Assembly: GCA_965208325.1 (NCBI GenBank)
Contig: OZ242326.1
Span: forward strand, 608,001 to 672,000
Direction of reading: 5' to 3'
DNA: 64,000 nt
Source of the DNA: Candidatus Poribacteria bacterium
GTDB lineage: Bacteria; Poribacteria; WGA-4E; PCPOR2b
The translations under genes and the position numbers were made by a program. Positions within the stretch are counted from its first letter, which is position 1, and every line of letters begins with the position of its first letter. The notes under the pieces were generated by a model. It did no database searches, was not told the origin of the DNA, and was given only the letters and a program-made list of their open reading frames with translations. This document shows, piece after piece, positions 37,685-48,254 of this stretch.

Positions 37685-38437
37685 ATGTCCGTTGAAGAAG
37701 CTATCCGCCATCTTGCAACCTATGGTTACTGCGTGCTTGAAGACCGCATTCCGGCGGAGCGTGCGCAACGCATGGCAAAGAAATATTTGGAACTGCACAA
37801 TGACCCAGCGGACAGCTCGTCAAGCGTCAGTAGCAGCCACTATCAGACGGTGTTTGGAATACTGAATCTTGATGATATGGCATGGGCGTGCGCGACATGC
37901 CCGGAGGTGCTAGCCGTCGCCCGACATTTCCTGGGTGAACGCATCCGCATTGTTTCAGGCGGTTGTTCAAAAGTGACCTATCCCGGTGCGCAGGATCAGT
38001 CTCTGCACGTGGATTCCGCCGGTTTTTTCCTTGAAGTGCCGAATATCCCGTGGCTGATTAACTCGATTTGGATGCTCACGGACTTCACGGTCGAGAACGG
38101 CGCCACGGGTGTTGTGCCGATGAGCCATTTGTCGCGCCGGAATCACCCGCCAAACGGGATGGGGCCAGAGCACCCTTTGGTAAAACCTGTGACGGGCCGG
38201 GCGGGTTCGGTCCTGATGTGGCATTCCGGGCTTTTTCATGCCGCACGTGCCAATCAAACCGATCAAATTCGTGTTGGACTCAACATGGGCTACTACCCGC
38301 GCTGGTTCAATAACTGGATGATGGGAGGCCACCAACCCATCTGGCCTGAGACATACAAGCGCATGCCCCCCGAAATGAAAGCCTTGTGTCCCGGCCGTTT
38401 GGCGAAGAACCGTGCTGACCTTTATGAAAATCCGTAA
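37685..38437 (+). CDS. PhyH-family Fe/2OG dioxygenase
   Basis: GYCVLED, LHVD, LTDFTVENGAT, SH, FHAA..N...R; GAGGAGG RBS. Confidence 0.87.
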   Translation: MSVEEAIRHLATYGYCVLEDRIPAERAQRMAKKYLELHNDPADSSSSVSSSHYQTVFGILNLDDMAWACATCPEVLAVARHFLGERIRIVSGGCSKVTYPGAQDQSLHVDSAGFFLEVPNIPWLINSIWMLTDFTVENGATGVVPMSHLSRRNHPPNGMGPEHPLVKPVTGRAGSVLMWHSGLFHAARANQTDQIRVGLNMGYYPRWFNNWMMGGHQPIWPETYKRMPPEMKALCPGRLAKNRADLYENP

Positions 38438-38625
38438 TCTGAGCGCTTGAGAAGTACGTACCTAGACAGAATTATATTGATAAGACAAAAGCGTATTGGG
38501 GCAGCGGAGCGTTGATGCTCCGTTACTTTAGTTTTCCATCTCCCTGCATCACACGAATTGCATGATTTTTTTATAAAGGAGCGAAACGGCGAATCACCAC
38601 CGCGACTCAGCAGTGAGGACAAATT

Positions 38626-40560
38626 GTGAATCAATTCGCCCTCATAGAAAACGACAGGGCAAGTGGAATTCCTCTCCGAGTGATGGTCATTGGGCTTATT
38701 TTGGTTGTCGTTAACGCCTATTGGATTTCAGTCAATGACCTCGTGAGGGGGCTATCCCATAACTACATGTCGCTCTTTAGCAATGCCGTTTTCACGTTTT
38801 TTGTGGTGATTCTCTTCAACCTGCTACTTAAGAAACTTGCTCCGAATCTTGCGCTCAGGGACTCCGACCTGCTGGTCATCTACGTGATGGTCGTCATCGT
38901 GACGACCATGTCCGGAAAGCGAACCAACAGGTTGATTTCGATTTTATCTCACCCTTTTTGGTTCGCCACGCCGGAAAACGACTGGCGGGATTTATTCTGG
39001 CGGCATATCCCCGCGTGGTTTACAGTCAAGGACGAAGATGTTCTCAGTGGGTTTTTTCTTGGCGAAACCTCCTTCTTTGCCCAGCCCTACATCAAAGCTT
39101 GGCTTGGACCGCTGTTCTATTGGTCCGCCTTTACGTTAGTGCTTTGCTTTGTCCTATTTTGCATCAACACCATTATCCGAAAGCAATTCACAGAGCATGA
39201 GAGGCTTACGTATCCGATTACCTGGCTGCCGCTGGAGATAGGCCGTGACACATCCGCATTCTTGAAGAACAAGTTGATGTGGGTAGGATTTGGCATCGCG
39301 GCTGGCGTGAGTCTGCTAAATGGTTTAAATGTCTTCTATCCTGTATTCCCTTCAATCCCTGTTGGGTGGACACGGATTGACTTCCCGGATAAGCCTTGGA
39401 GTTACATGGGCGGGACATTAGTTTCCTTCCAGTTGTTTTTCATCGGTCTCTCCTATTTCATGCCGCTAGACCTCGCCTTTTCAGCATGGTTCTTCTATCT
39501 CTTGCAAAAATTGATACGAATGTTGACAGGCATGATGGGCTGGCGGGAGCTCTACTTTCATGAACAGGCTCAAGGCGCGTGGATTGGATTGGGTTTTTTG
39601 GCGTTGTGGGTCGGACGCAGACACCTGAAACGGGTTTTCATCCAAGCAGCGACGGGAAAGGGGAAGATAGATGATGCTCAAGAACCGATGCGATATCGGA
39701 CTGCGCTTTGGGGTATTACGGCAGGCCTGTTGTTTCTCCTCTGGTTTGCTTATAAGGCCGGATTATCTTTTTGGGTACTGCTGCTGTTCTTTGGGATATA
39801 CTGTTGCAGCGCTATTGGTGTGACTAAAGTGAGGGCTGGTCTTGGACTCGGTTTTCATGAGATTCTACAACTCGATCCTGGCCGGACAATGGTGACGGCA
39901 GCCGGAACACGAGTGTACGGCTCACGAAATTTGACGGTTCTGACGTTTTTTTACTGGCTAAACCGGGATCAGCCCAATCATCCGATGCCCAATCAGCTCG
40001 AAGCTTTTCGTATTGGCGAACAAGCCAATATCAATAATCGGAAGCTATTGTGGGCGATGCTTATCACCTTGGCTGTCGGCATACCGGTGAGCTTTTTAAT
40101 ATACCTAAGCCTCTTGTATAGCCTGGGAGCCGATAATACGGGACCGTGGATCATCGGGATAGGAAGAGAAGGATTTGCACGGCGGCTTCAAATGTGGCTA
40201 AGTAATCCATTGGGGCGAGATTACGTGACCATGGGTTTTATGGGGTACGGTTTTTGTGTCACCGGTTTTCTGTTAGCCATGAAAGTGAGGTTTCTGTGGT
40301 GGCCGTTTCATCCGGTTGGCTACGTGCTTGCGATAAGCCCGGGTGAGATGGTCTATATTTGGTGTCCGCTTCTCATCAGTTGGGCAATTAAACTTGCTAT
40401 CCTCCGGTATGGGGGGTTGAAGGCGTACCGCAGGGCAATCCCGTTCTTTGCTGGCCTGATAATGGGCGACTACACCATGGGCGGCGTTTGGAGCGTCATT
40501 AGCGCGGTGTTCAAAATTACAACGTATCACATGGGATGGCACCCGCAGTTGCCTCAATGA
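38626..40560 (+). CDS. Polytopic membrane protein, DUF6785/DUF6784-type putative (OPT-like) transporter
   Basis: About 15 hydrophobic segments; ATPENDW, ERLTYPI, FSAWFFY, WWPFHPVGY, RYGGLKAYRRAIPFFAGLI motifs. Confidence 0.7.
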   Translation: MNQFALIENDRASGIPLRVMVIGLILVVVNAYWISVNDLVRGLSHNYMSLFSNAVFTFFVVILFNLLLKKLAPNLALRDSDLLVIYVMVVIVTTMSGKRTNRLISILSHPFWFATPENDWRDLFWRHIPAWFTVKDEDVLSGFFLGETSFFAQPYIKAWLGPLFYWSAFTLVLCFVLFCINTIIRKQFTEHERLTYPITWLPLEIGRDTSAFLKNKLMWVGFGIAAGVSLLNGLNVFYPVFPSIPVGWTRIDFPDKPWSYMGGTLVSFQLFFIGLSYFMPLDLAFSAWFFYLLQKLIRMLTGMMGWRELYFHEQAQGAWIGLGFLALWVGRRHLKRVFIQAATGKGKIDDAQEPMRYRTALWGITAGLLFLLWFAYKAGLSFWVLLLFFGIYCCSAIGVTKVRAGLGLGFHEILQLDPGRTMVTAAGTRVYGSRNLTVLTFFYWLNRDQPNHPMPNQLEAFRIGEQANINNRKLLWAMLITLAVGIPVSFLIYLSLLYSLGADNTGPWIIGIGREGFARRLQMWLSNPLGRDYVTMGFMGYGFCVTGFLLAMKVRFLWWPFHPVGYVLAISPGEMVYIWCPLLISWAIKLAILRYGGLKAYRRAIPFFAGLIMGDYTMGGVWSVISAVFKITTYHMGWHPQLPQ

Positions 40561-40854
40561 TAAAATGGGAGTTAATCTTTGATTCTTGGGAAATGTGCGC
40601 GCGCACCGAGCTTTGCATAGCTCGTGGGGCGAAAAACAAAAAATTTGTGACGCACGCAGGCATGCGAGTCTGTGTAAAATGGCTTGACAGAACTTTTGTC
40701 CCGTGATAAATTCGCTGTCATAATGAGGCCTCGATGAGGTTATCAAGATGAACGTTAGCCAGTAATCGCCAATTTCTCAAATTCTGGCCGTGCTCGTAAT
40801 GACGCAATTCATCGCCAATAGGAATTGGCAGGACAGCGTAAGTGAAAACATGAG

Positions 40855-41706
40855 ATGAAAGGGCTGAGTTGCAATTCCGGTCTCTTGAGCCAGTTCCCTG
40901 TCGAACAGGCTATTGATGTTCTCGCAGAACATGATTATCAAGCCATTGACATCAGTCTTGAGAAGGCGCCGCCGTTCTTGCCGCCGCCTCCGCCGCACAT
41001 GAGTTCACAGGCGGGAGCAGAGGAAAGAAGCCGCGTGCGCAAGCATGCAGAACGCGCCGGCGTGGCCATCGCCGCATTGAACGCGCACACGAATCTGATC
41101 CACGCCGTACCCGAGGTTAGGCAAGCTAACCTAAAATTTGTGGAGGGTGCACTGGAACTCGCATCAGATCTTGGCGCCCGATATGTGGTATTCGGCGGGG
41201 GGCGGAAAGAGTTTTATGGGCGGGAAAGCCAATTTTGGGAATGGCTGGTCGCTGCACTATGGCATCTGATAGCCCATGCGTCCCGTTTGGGGGTGATTCT
41301 CGCCGTGGAAGCGGGTAGTTCTCCCGGTTCCCTCCTGCATAGTCTCAGCCGCATGCAGTATCTACTGAGTCACGATGGCCTGGAAAATTTGGGAGTTCTG
41401 TTCGACTCGGGCCACTATTTCGTACGGGGGGATTCTGTAACTGGAGCTTACAGGGCGTTGAGTCAGCGAGTAGTTCACGTACACGCCAAGGACGCGAAGG
41501 GAAATTTGGAAGATTATGAGTTTCCGCCGCTGGGGCAAGGCGATGTTGATTTCGACGGGTTGTTGGGTGCAATGGCCGCGGCCAGCTACGACGGTTACAT
41601 CTCGATTGAATACGAGGCGTTCGCATGGGGTTATGAAAGCGACCCTCACAAAGTGCTGTCCGAGAGCAAAAGCTTTCTAGACCGCACTTTCGCTTTGAAA
41701 ACATGA
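40855..41706 (+). CDS. Sugar phosphate isomerase/epimerase (paralog of 36765)
   Basis: MKGLSCNSG..., LAVEA, FDSGH, HVHAKD, YDGYISIEYE; colinear with the 36765 protein. Confidence 0.85.
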   Translation: MKGLSCNSGLLSQFPVEQAIDVLAEHDYQAIDISLEKAPPFLPPPPPHMSSQAGAEERSRVRKHAERAGVAIAALNAHTNLIHAVPEVRQANLKFVEGALELASDLGARYVVFGGGRKEFYGRESQFWEWLVAALWHLIAHASRLGVILAVEAGSSPGSLLHSLSRMQYLLSHDGLENLGVLFDSGHYFVRGDSVTGAYRALSQRVVHVHAKDAKGNLEDYEFPPLGQGDVDFDGLLGAMAAASYDGYISIEYEAFAWGYESDPHKVLSESKSFLDRTFALKT

Positions 41707-41807
41707 AAACGACGCATACGCTGAACATACACTTCATCTAAATGTGACCGGGTCGTTTTCAGTATAGACCGCTTTTGGGCTGAGAATTTGATAATTACCC
41801 TAATGCT

Positions 41808-42842
41808 ATGGAGAACAAATCCATGCGAGCTGCACGGCTGCACACAATTGGCGGGTTGATACAGATAGATGAGGTGCCTACTCCTGAAATCGGCGACGAC
41901 GAGGTGCTGGTACAGACCAAAACGTGTGGGGTTTGCCGCACCGATCTCCACAAAATCGATGGCTTGGGGCACCTGCAGTCGCTGCCGCACACGCTTGGAC
42001 ATGAGGCCGCTGGTGTGGTAGCTAAAACAGGCCGAAACGTAACGAATTTGAATGTCGGGCAACCTGTTGTTCCACACGATTTTTTTACCTGCGGGCAATG
42101 CTACTATTGTCGGGTTGGACGCGATTCGCTCTGTGTCCAACCCAAGGTATTTGGATCAACCGTCAACGGCGGATTTGCCGACTATTTTGCGGCGCCTGCT
42201 AAGAATCTGTTTGAATTGCCTGAACACACGCCATTCGAGCAGGCGGGCCTGATTAGTTGCGCCGTAATCACTGCGCTACACGCCTTCCGCCGATCTGAAC
42301 TGTGCTTGAATGACACCGCGGTAGTGATGGGCGCCGGCAATGTTGGACAAAACCTAATTCAGATTCTTAAACTTGCCCGCGTACAGGTGATTGCAATTGA
42401 CCGTTCACAAGCTAAATTGCAAATCGCCAGCCAACTCGGCGCAGATTTTGTCCTGGACGCGGATGCTATTGATGCAACTCAACAAATTAAGGCATTCGCA
42501 GGCGGCGACGGCGTCCAAGGTGTTTTCGATATTGTCGGATTGTCTTCGACATCGAAAGCAGCCGCTGATTATGTCATGCGCGGCGGGCGAATTGTCTTAA
42601 TTGGAGAGGAACCAGAATTTCTTATGATTGACTCCACCCAAATCGCGCAGCGGGAGCTAGAGATTATTGGCTCACGCAATGGTTCGCGCCAGGATATCAT
42701 TGATGCCATTTCAATGGTGGGCGCCGGATTAATCTCGCCGCTGATTGCCCACCGGTTTCCGCTGGTGGACATCAACGAGGCACTGGCGCTCATGCGCAGT
42801 GGGGAGGCGGAAGGTAAAATTGTCATTGAAATTTCTGAATGA
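41808..42842 (+). CDS. Zn-dependent medium-chain alcohol dehydrogenase
   Basis: GVCRTD, GHEAAG, CGQCYYC..GRDSLC structural Zn, GAGNVG. Confidence 0.9.
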   Translation: MENKSMRAARLHTIGGLIQIDEVPTPEIGDDEVLVQTKTCGVCRTDLHKIDGLGHLQSLPHTLGHEAAGVVAKTGRNVTNLNVGQPVVPHDFFTCGQCYYCRVGRDSLCVQPKVFGSTVNGGFADYFAAPAKNLFELPEHTPFEQAGLISCAVITALHAFRRSELCLNDTAVVMGAGNVGQNLIQILKLARVQVIAIDRSQAKLQIASQLGADFVLDADAIDATQQIKAFAGGDGVQGVFDIVGLSSTSKAAADYVMRGGRIVLIGEEPEFLMIDSTQIAQRELEIIGSRNGSRQDIIDAISMVGAGLISPLIAHRFPLVDINEALALMRSGEAEGKIVIEISE

Positions 42843-42912
42843 ATTCAAGCTGAACCGAAGTTACCCAAAAATTTCTCGGTTTTTCGTTGTGAGAATTTGA
42901 AAGGAGAGTCGA

Positions 42913-43791
42913 ATGGACAAGCTCATTATCACAGTCACTGTCGACTCGACTGTGTCATATCCTGGCAACTACTTGTGTCCACCACAGCGGGAGCTAGACA
43001 AGGTCGCGTCAGAATATATCCGCGCCGTTAACGCCGGGGCAAGTATCACCCACATTCACGGTGTGCGTTCCCTTGAGCGAGAGATTCAAGCTGACGGACG
43101 CCAAGTATCAAAGCTTGATTTTGAGGGTTGGCGGGGATTGCAGGAACGAATCAAAGCTAGCTGTAATCCAGTCATGCAATTTGGCGTGGCGAGCGCCAGG
43201 ATTGAAGAGAAGGTCAACCTAATGAACCTCAAGCCTGATATGATGTCGATTGCCTTCAACGCGCACGATGAATTCTTCCAGCCTGACCCCAGCTACCCGC
43301 CCAACGAGATGTACGCGTCCCATCCCAGAGATGAGCTAGCTGCCTACGGCCGAGCGGCGATTGAACACGGGGTAAAGATTGAAGTCGAGTCGTTTCAAAC
43401 GGGAGCGTTTTGGAACATAAACTTCATTGCGGACCAAGGGCTGCTTCCAGAGCCAATCTGGACAACGCTGTTGGTTGGTTGGAAAGGGGGTTGCTGGACG
43501 CCTCCCACACCGAAGGCGTTGATAAACATGGTGGACCATCTGCCTACGAATTTCAAGGTTAACTGGAATCTCAGTGTGATGGATGCACCAACACACTGGC
43601 AACTGTTAACCTTGGCAATCATGCTTGGGGGGCACGTCCGCGTAGGCTGGGAAGACAATCCATACTTGCCGGATGGATCGCTGGCTAAGACCAATGCCGT
43701 GTTGGTCGAGAAGATTGTACGCATCGCCCGTGAACTTGGGCGGGAGATTGCTACGCCAGACGAGGCGCGCCACATTATCGGTATTGCCTAA
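42913..43791 (+). CDS. Beta-keto acid cleavage enzyme (BKACE / 3-keto-5-aminohexanoate cleavage family)
   Basis: KLIITV, AGASITHIH, GGHVRVGWEDN, LAKTNAVLVE, REIATPDEAR. Confidence 0.9.
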   Translation: MDKLIITVTVDSTVSYPGNYLCPPQRELDKVASEYIRAVNAGASITHIHGVRSLEREIQADGRQVSKLDFEGWRGLQERIKASCNPVMQFGVASARIEEKVNLMNLKPDMMSIAFNAHDEFFQPDPSYPPNEMYASHPRDELAAYGRAAIEHGVKIEVESFQTGAFWNINFIADQGLLPEPIWTTLLVGWKGGCWTPPTPKALINMVDHLPTNFKVNWNLSVMDAPTHWQLLTLAIMLGGHVRVGWEDNPYLPDGSLAKTNAVLVEKIVRIARELGREIATPDEARHIIGIA

Positions 43792-43830
43792 CTATGACCT
43801 AGCCATAATATTCTAATGAGTGTTCATGGT

Positions 43831-44037
43831 CTAGCCGCTTCTTGGCGGGGCGGAGGACAGGTCAGAAAATCCTCCCCTTTGGCAAGGGGGAGTTAGAGGC
43901 GGTCGGTTAATCCGCAGTTTCAACCTGTACAAAAACTATCGCCTTCCCTATTCGGTCAGTTGATCCTCCTTGGTAAGGAGGGGGATAAAAGAAAAGAACT
44001 TCCCACAGCGCGCAGGATTGTCGGAATTTCGCCTACA
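43831..44037. repeat. Palindromic doublet of the DUF559-flanking family plus array linker, between convergent genes
   Basis: CTAGCCGCTTCTTGGCGGGGCGGAG..CCTCCCCTTTGGCAAGGGGGAGTTAGAGGCGGT..GTTTCAACCT..ACTATCGCCTTCCCTATTCGGTCAGTTGATCCTCCTTGGTAAGGAGGGG. Confidence 0.85.
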
Positions 44038-47000
44038 GGTTTGCCGCGGGTAAGGTCTCAAAGTTTATCTCACCAACCGGATGTTTGTATTTTATGAAGA
44101 TGATATCTTTCTCTTCACGATATAGCCAACCGGACTCGACTGATTCAAGGTTTTCAACAACGGTTATTTCATGATCTTGCGCGCGAATTGCGGCAGGATT
44201 TCCGCCGTAACCCGAAATTATGGCATAACTTGTTTCATATTGAACATACCTCAGCTTAAAATTCAACTTCGCAGATTCATCGCATTCAACTTGCTCGATT
44301 TTAGCTCCAGTGCTGAGGTGGATTCGCCCATTTTCACCGCGAATGATAGCCGTTGAAATGTCGGGATCCAATCCGCGGAGCGCGTACAAGTTTGCCATGA
44401 TATTCTCAGGGTTAAGGTGCGGACCGCGCCTTTCGGTGCAGAAGCCGTAAAAGCCGTCAGGATATGTGCCTTTGAATTCACCCTCAGTCCACTGCTGATG
44501 CATGGCGCTCACTGTAATCCCCTCTGCAATTTTCGACCAAGGTTCCCGACTGCTATGCCGCGCAAGCCGTTGGAGATAATAGGCGTAGACCAATCCATTC
44601 CACTGGACAGGAACGCCGAACCAAGGGTGAGTGTGGAATGTGGTTCCGAAAACGGGTATAGAGGCGAACCGCATTCCGGGGCGACTTGGCAAATTCCAAT
44701 GGTAGAGAAATGGCAATCCTGTTGCAGCCCAGTATTCGGCGGGCGTCAATTCGTTCTTTTCGCCGGTTATCTCATAGCCCTCAACATACGCCCCCACAGC
44801 ATAGGCAGCGGCAAGAAGATCGGGTTGGTAGATAGGACACTCCCACACCTGCGCGCCGCGCGGGATTCGAAACCGTTCCATGAACCTCAGCGCTTTGAGG
44901 CCAGAGGCCAATGACCGTTCGTCCCCCGTGACCCTTGCATGTTTTAACAACATCAATGCAGAATGTGCACAAACGCCCAAAACCGTATCGCCTGCTTCTC
45001 CCAGTGTTCTTGTCCGATCAGTGGTGGGGTTGAACTGCCAGCTTCCATTGCTTTCCTGAGAATCTATCAATGCTTTCGTTACCGAATTGAGTTGTTCCAA
45101 GTTTGCTTCGAGGTGCCCGTAGTAGAAGGGGAATTCCCACTTCAATATGTGGCATAACGCGGGGGAGGTTAAACTTCCCACTCCCGATTCACGGATTGTA
45201 TTTTCCGCAATCTCAATTACGCGCCGCCTAACCGATTCATCTCTTGATGCGAGGTAATCATACCACAATAAGGTTGCAAATCCTGGCGCATTCGCCGGCT
45301 GCCAATCGACGCAATGCCGCGATTTTGCCGTTTCGTTGTCCCAGACAGTCTTCATGAACCCGTGCCGAGAAAGCATAAGTTCATCTTCGTCGCTGCGCGG
45401 CGCATCTAAGGGCCCAGGCATACCGTAGGCCGCGCTCCAGAGGGAAATTGCGTCCAAGATAGAGGCATTGCCATCAAGGATTATCTGCGCCTTGAGCGTA
45501 ATCGCATGTTTTGGCTCCATGACGTATGGTGTAGATGCTTCCATGCAATTCTCGTCTACCCAATCCGGCGGCGTTGGCAAGAACAGTCCCATTAAGTGGT
45601 TCTTCTGGTGCATATACCAATTTGGGGAAGCAAATGCCGCTGATAATGTGTTGTGTTCACCATCCCATGTTTCTAGCGGGTTCCAAATTAAGCCCACAAG
45701 AGATTTATCATGTTCAACCGCCATTAGCGGGATGGTTACTTTGTACGGGTGCGGTACAAGGCGGTTGTTCAGCGGCGGCAAGGCGTCACGCGTGTTTGAC
45801 GATGTTTCACCGTTCTCCAAGAATTCTAAGCCCGGAAAGAGGGCGGCGTTTTTTCCATTGCCAAACGTCCCGTCCCCGGCAAAAAGCATAGGGCCGCTGA
45901 ACACAATCAATTCCCGTTTTTCATTAACCGTGAGCCGATTTTCGATTTTCAGGAACTTGGAATCGGCTCGCAATGAATACCGCCCTTCATAGGACCACAA
46001 CACACCGTCAACGTCCTTTTCTTCCCAAGTCAGCAAGACTGTTGAATCGCCGCGGTTATTTCCGGACAAGCGATAGGCAGCCGGAGATACTCGGATGTGC
46101 TCAGTATTCCCGTTTGAAACCCGATAGCGAATTTCCGCGACGGCATTACAGACCGCAACTTGCCGGTAATTCCCGTTTTTGGCTACGAAAAACATGCAAT
46201 ATTCAAAACCCTCGTATCCTCTTACGAAGAGTGCGCGTAGGTTTCGGTTCTCGGTGATTACGTGTCCATCTAATTCAAAAGTGTGTAATTCTGAAGAAAT
46301 TTCCGTGGGTAATTTGGGGATTCCTGGCCGTACTTCAAACGCTTTCTCTACGGTGTGTTGCATTTCGCTTTGCAGAGTTTGGTATTTAAGCGAAGCGGAC
46401 ATTGATGCTGTCGTACGCCGGGAGAAACTCCGAATTTGCCACACCAGCGTGGATTCTTCACCGGGATTGAGCAGTTTGATGGATCGGCTGTGATGCCCAC
46501 GTCTCAGTTTAATTCGATTAAGTGAAATACTCGCCCGATTGGCCGTTACGAGGGGAACTAAACCGTTATTTCGAACCGTACATTGGACTTCAAAATCGTC
46601 ACCGGCCGTAATTAACGCCGTAGTTGGACCGATATCTACAATGTCCAATTTTGCTTGCTCAGCATAAAGCTGAAGTGCTGCAATCTGTGCGTCGGCATTA
46701 TAACCCTGCACCCTTTGGCCAACGATTTTCACAATCTCGGAAATTGGCGTGAATGCATCCAAGACAAATTCCGATGCCGATAACGCAGGGGTTTCCCGAG
46801 CTGATGAGCTTAAAGCAATCCCACGAATCATTTCGGGTTCTGATCCACCTGCTTCAGGCAATAAAGTCGTACGAGTCAGTTTAAGTAGCCGTGGATTTCC
46901 CCATACAGCCCAATCGTAGTTCGTGTTGCCCGCCCCGTTGCAATTGGTTAAAAATACAACTTGGATTGTGCTGCCGGATTCTTTGGTCACATTGAGACCA

Positions 47001-47758
47001 TGTTCTTCCCAACGGCAAGCATTTGAAAAACCTTCAAAGCGTTGTTCCCCTGAAATCTCGATTGTAAACCGAACTCCGTCGGGCTTTGCCGCTGGATTGT
47101 CAAAATCGACACCGTCCCTTAAGCCGATGCTGAAATGCAGCATGAGTTGTTCATTGGGGGCTGAATCCGGCAGTCTCAGTTCATATTCAATTCTTGCATT
47201 ACCGTCAGCGCGGGGGTGCTCAAATATCGCAGCCTTCTTTACTCCGCCAGCACAGTCTTCGGTGTTTACGGCGGCTTGCTCGACATTACTTACTCGGCTG
47301 TTCGGAAATTCGTTGACAAAGTTGTAGATTTCGTCGAGAACGCCGATTTCTACCGGCATCTCAACCACCGGCTCAGCTTCAACGCTATGCGTGTCTTCAC
47401 CGGTTTCTAAATTGGCGGCGTGCCGTTCAGCATCCATTTCTGCTTCATCTAATCTCCCACGGTTTGCATCGTGGGAAGGTAGTTCCTGATTGACTTGGGC
47501 TCTAGATTCTACCGCCGCTTGCTCGCCAGTTGTTTCTTCAGCTTCCGCAAGCTGATCGAGCGAATCAACCTTCTCGGTACTCTGGGTATGTCCGTCTTCT
47601 GATTTCCTATCAAAAAATTCATCTCTATCGTCCGTCCTTGTTTCCGTCAATTCATCCAAGTGGTCACCTTCGTCAGCAGGAGTTTTCGCACCCGCTTCGG
47701 TATTATCAGTATGCGTCAATAGCGCCATAAGCATTTGAAAGGTTATACTCATCCACAA
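44033..47758 (-). CDS. Large hypothetical protein: acidic N-terminus, beta-sandwich/CBM-like and Ig-like domains, C-terminal helical (alpha/alpha-toroid-like) domain
   Basis: 1241-aa ORF; E/D-rich first ~130 aa; DGVRF...DWAVWGNPRL beta domain; aromatic helical C-terminus; GGAGG near the start. Confidence 0.7.
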   Translation of the reverse strand: MWMSITFQMLMALLTHTDNTEAGAKTPADEGDHLDELTETRTDDRDEFFDRKSEDGHTQSTEKVDSLDQLAEAEETTGEQAAVESRAQVNQELPSHDANRGRLDEAEMDAERHAANLETGEDTHSVEAEPVVEMPVEIGVLDEIYNFVNEFPNSRVSNVEQAAVNTEDCAGGVKKAAIFEHPRADGNARIEYELRLPDSAPNEQLMLHFSIGLRDGVDFDNPAAKPDGVRFTIEISGEQRFEGFSNACRWEEHGLNVTKESGSTIQVVFLTNCNGAGNTNYDWAVWGNPRLLKLTRTTLLPEAGGSEPEMIRGIALSSSARETPALSASEFVLDAFTPISEIVKIVGQRVQGYNADAQIAALQLYAEQAKLDIVDIGPTTALITAGDDFEVQCTVRNNGLVPLVTANRASISLNRIKLRRGHHSRSIKLLNPGEESTLVWQIRSFSRRTTASMSASLKYQTLQSEMQHTVEKAFEVRPGIPKLPTEISSELHTFELDGHVITENRNLRALFVRGYEGFEYCMFFVAKNGNYRQVAVCNAVAEIRYRVSNGNTEHIRVSPAAYRLSGNNRGDSTVLLTWEEKDVDGVLWSYEGRYSLRADSKFLKIENRLTVNEKRELIVFSGPMLFAGDGTFGNGKNAALFPGLEFLENGETSSNTRDALPPLNNRLVPHPYKVTIPLMAVEHDKSLVGLIWNPLETWDGEHNTLSAAFASPNWYMHQKNHLMGLFLPTPPDWVDENCMEASTPYVMEPKHAITLKAQIILDGNASILDAISLWSAAYGMPGPLDAPRSDEDELMLSRHGFMKTVWDNETAKSRHCVDWQPANAPGFATLLWYDYLASRDESVRRRVIEIAENTIRESGVGSLTSPALCHILKWEFPFYYGHLEANLEQLNSVTKALIDSQESNGSWQFNPTTDRTRTLGEAGDTVLGVCAHSALMLLKHARVTGDERSLASGLKALRFMERFRIPRGAQVWECPIYQPDLLAAAYAVGAYVEGYEITGEKNELTPAEYWAATGLPFLYHWNLPSRPGMRFASIPVFGTTFHTHPWFGVPVQWNGLVYAYYLQRLARHSSREPWSKIAEGITVSAMHQQWTEGEFKGTYPDGFYGFCTERRGPHLNPENIMANLYALRGLDPDISTAIIRGENGRIHLSTGAKIEQVECDESAKLNFKLRYVQYETSYAIISGYGGNPAAIRAQDHEITVVENLESVESGWLYREEKDIIFIKYKHPVGEINFETLPAANL

Positions 47759-48254
47759 TCCTCCAAAACAATTATTACATTTCTACATTACATTTCAAAT
47801 TTTGACATCGTATAAATTTTCTATTTGTATCTATACTTTGAAAATTGTATTAGGAGACTTTATTCAATCCTACACCCATAAGTATAACATAGATGAAGCG
47901 GAGATTAAAACAAAGAGTATGAGAGATTGAAAATGCGGAATTGGTGAATCAATCTGGCGGTGTAATCTAGGAATTTTGGTGAATCCTTTAATTTGCTGTC
48001 CCAAATTCTTTTATGCTTTTAAGTTTCTATTTTGTATGCTATAATGGATTTATTGAGAATCCAGAGCGGTCTGCGTATGCATGTCATGCAGTCAGCGAAA
48101 TCTTGCGAGAGGTTCTATGATAACTGGAGAACCCCCGCAAAATTGTGTGTTATTGACAGGAAACTAATTTCCTTTAAAACGTCCTGTTGCTACTGGCCGA
48201 TTTTTGCGCAGCGGCGGTTTCATGGTTATATAGCGAAATCAAGGAGAAATGATA

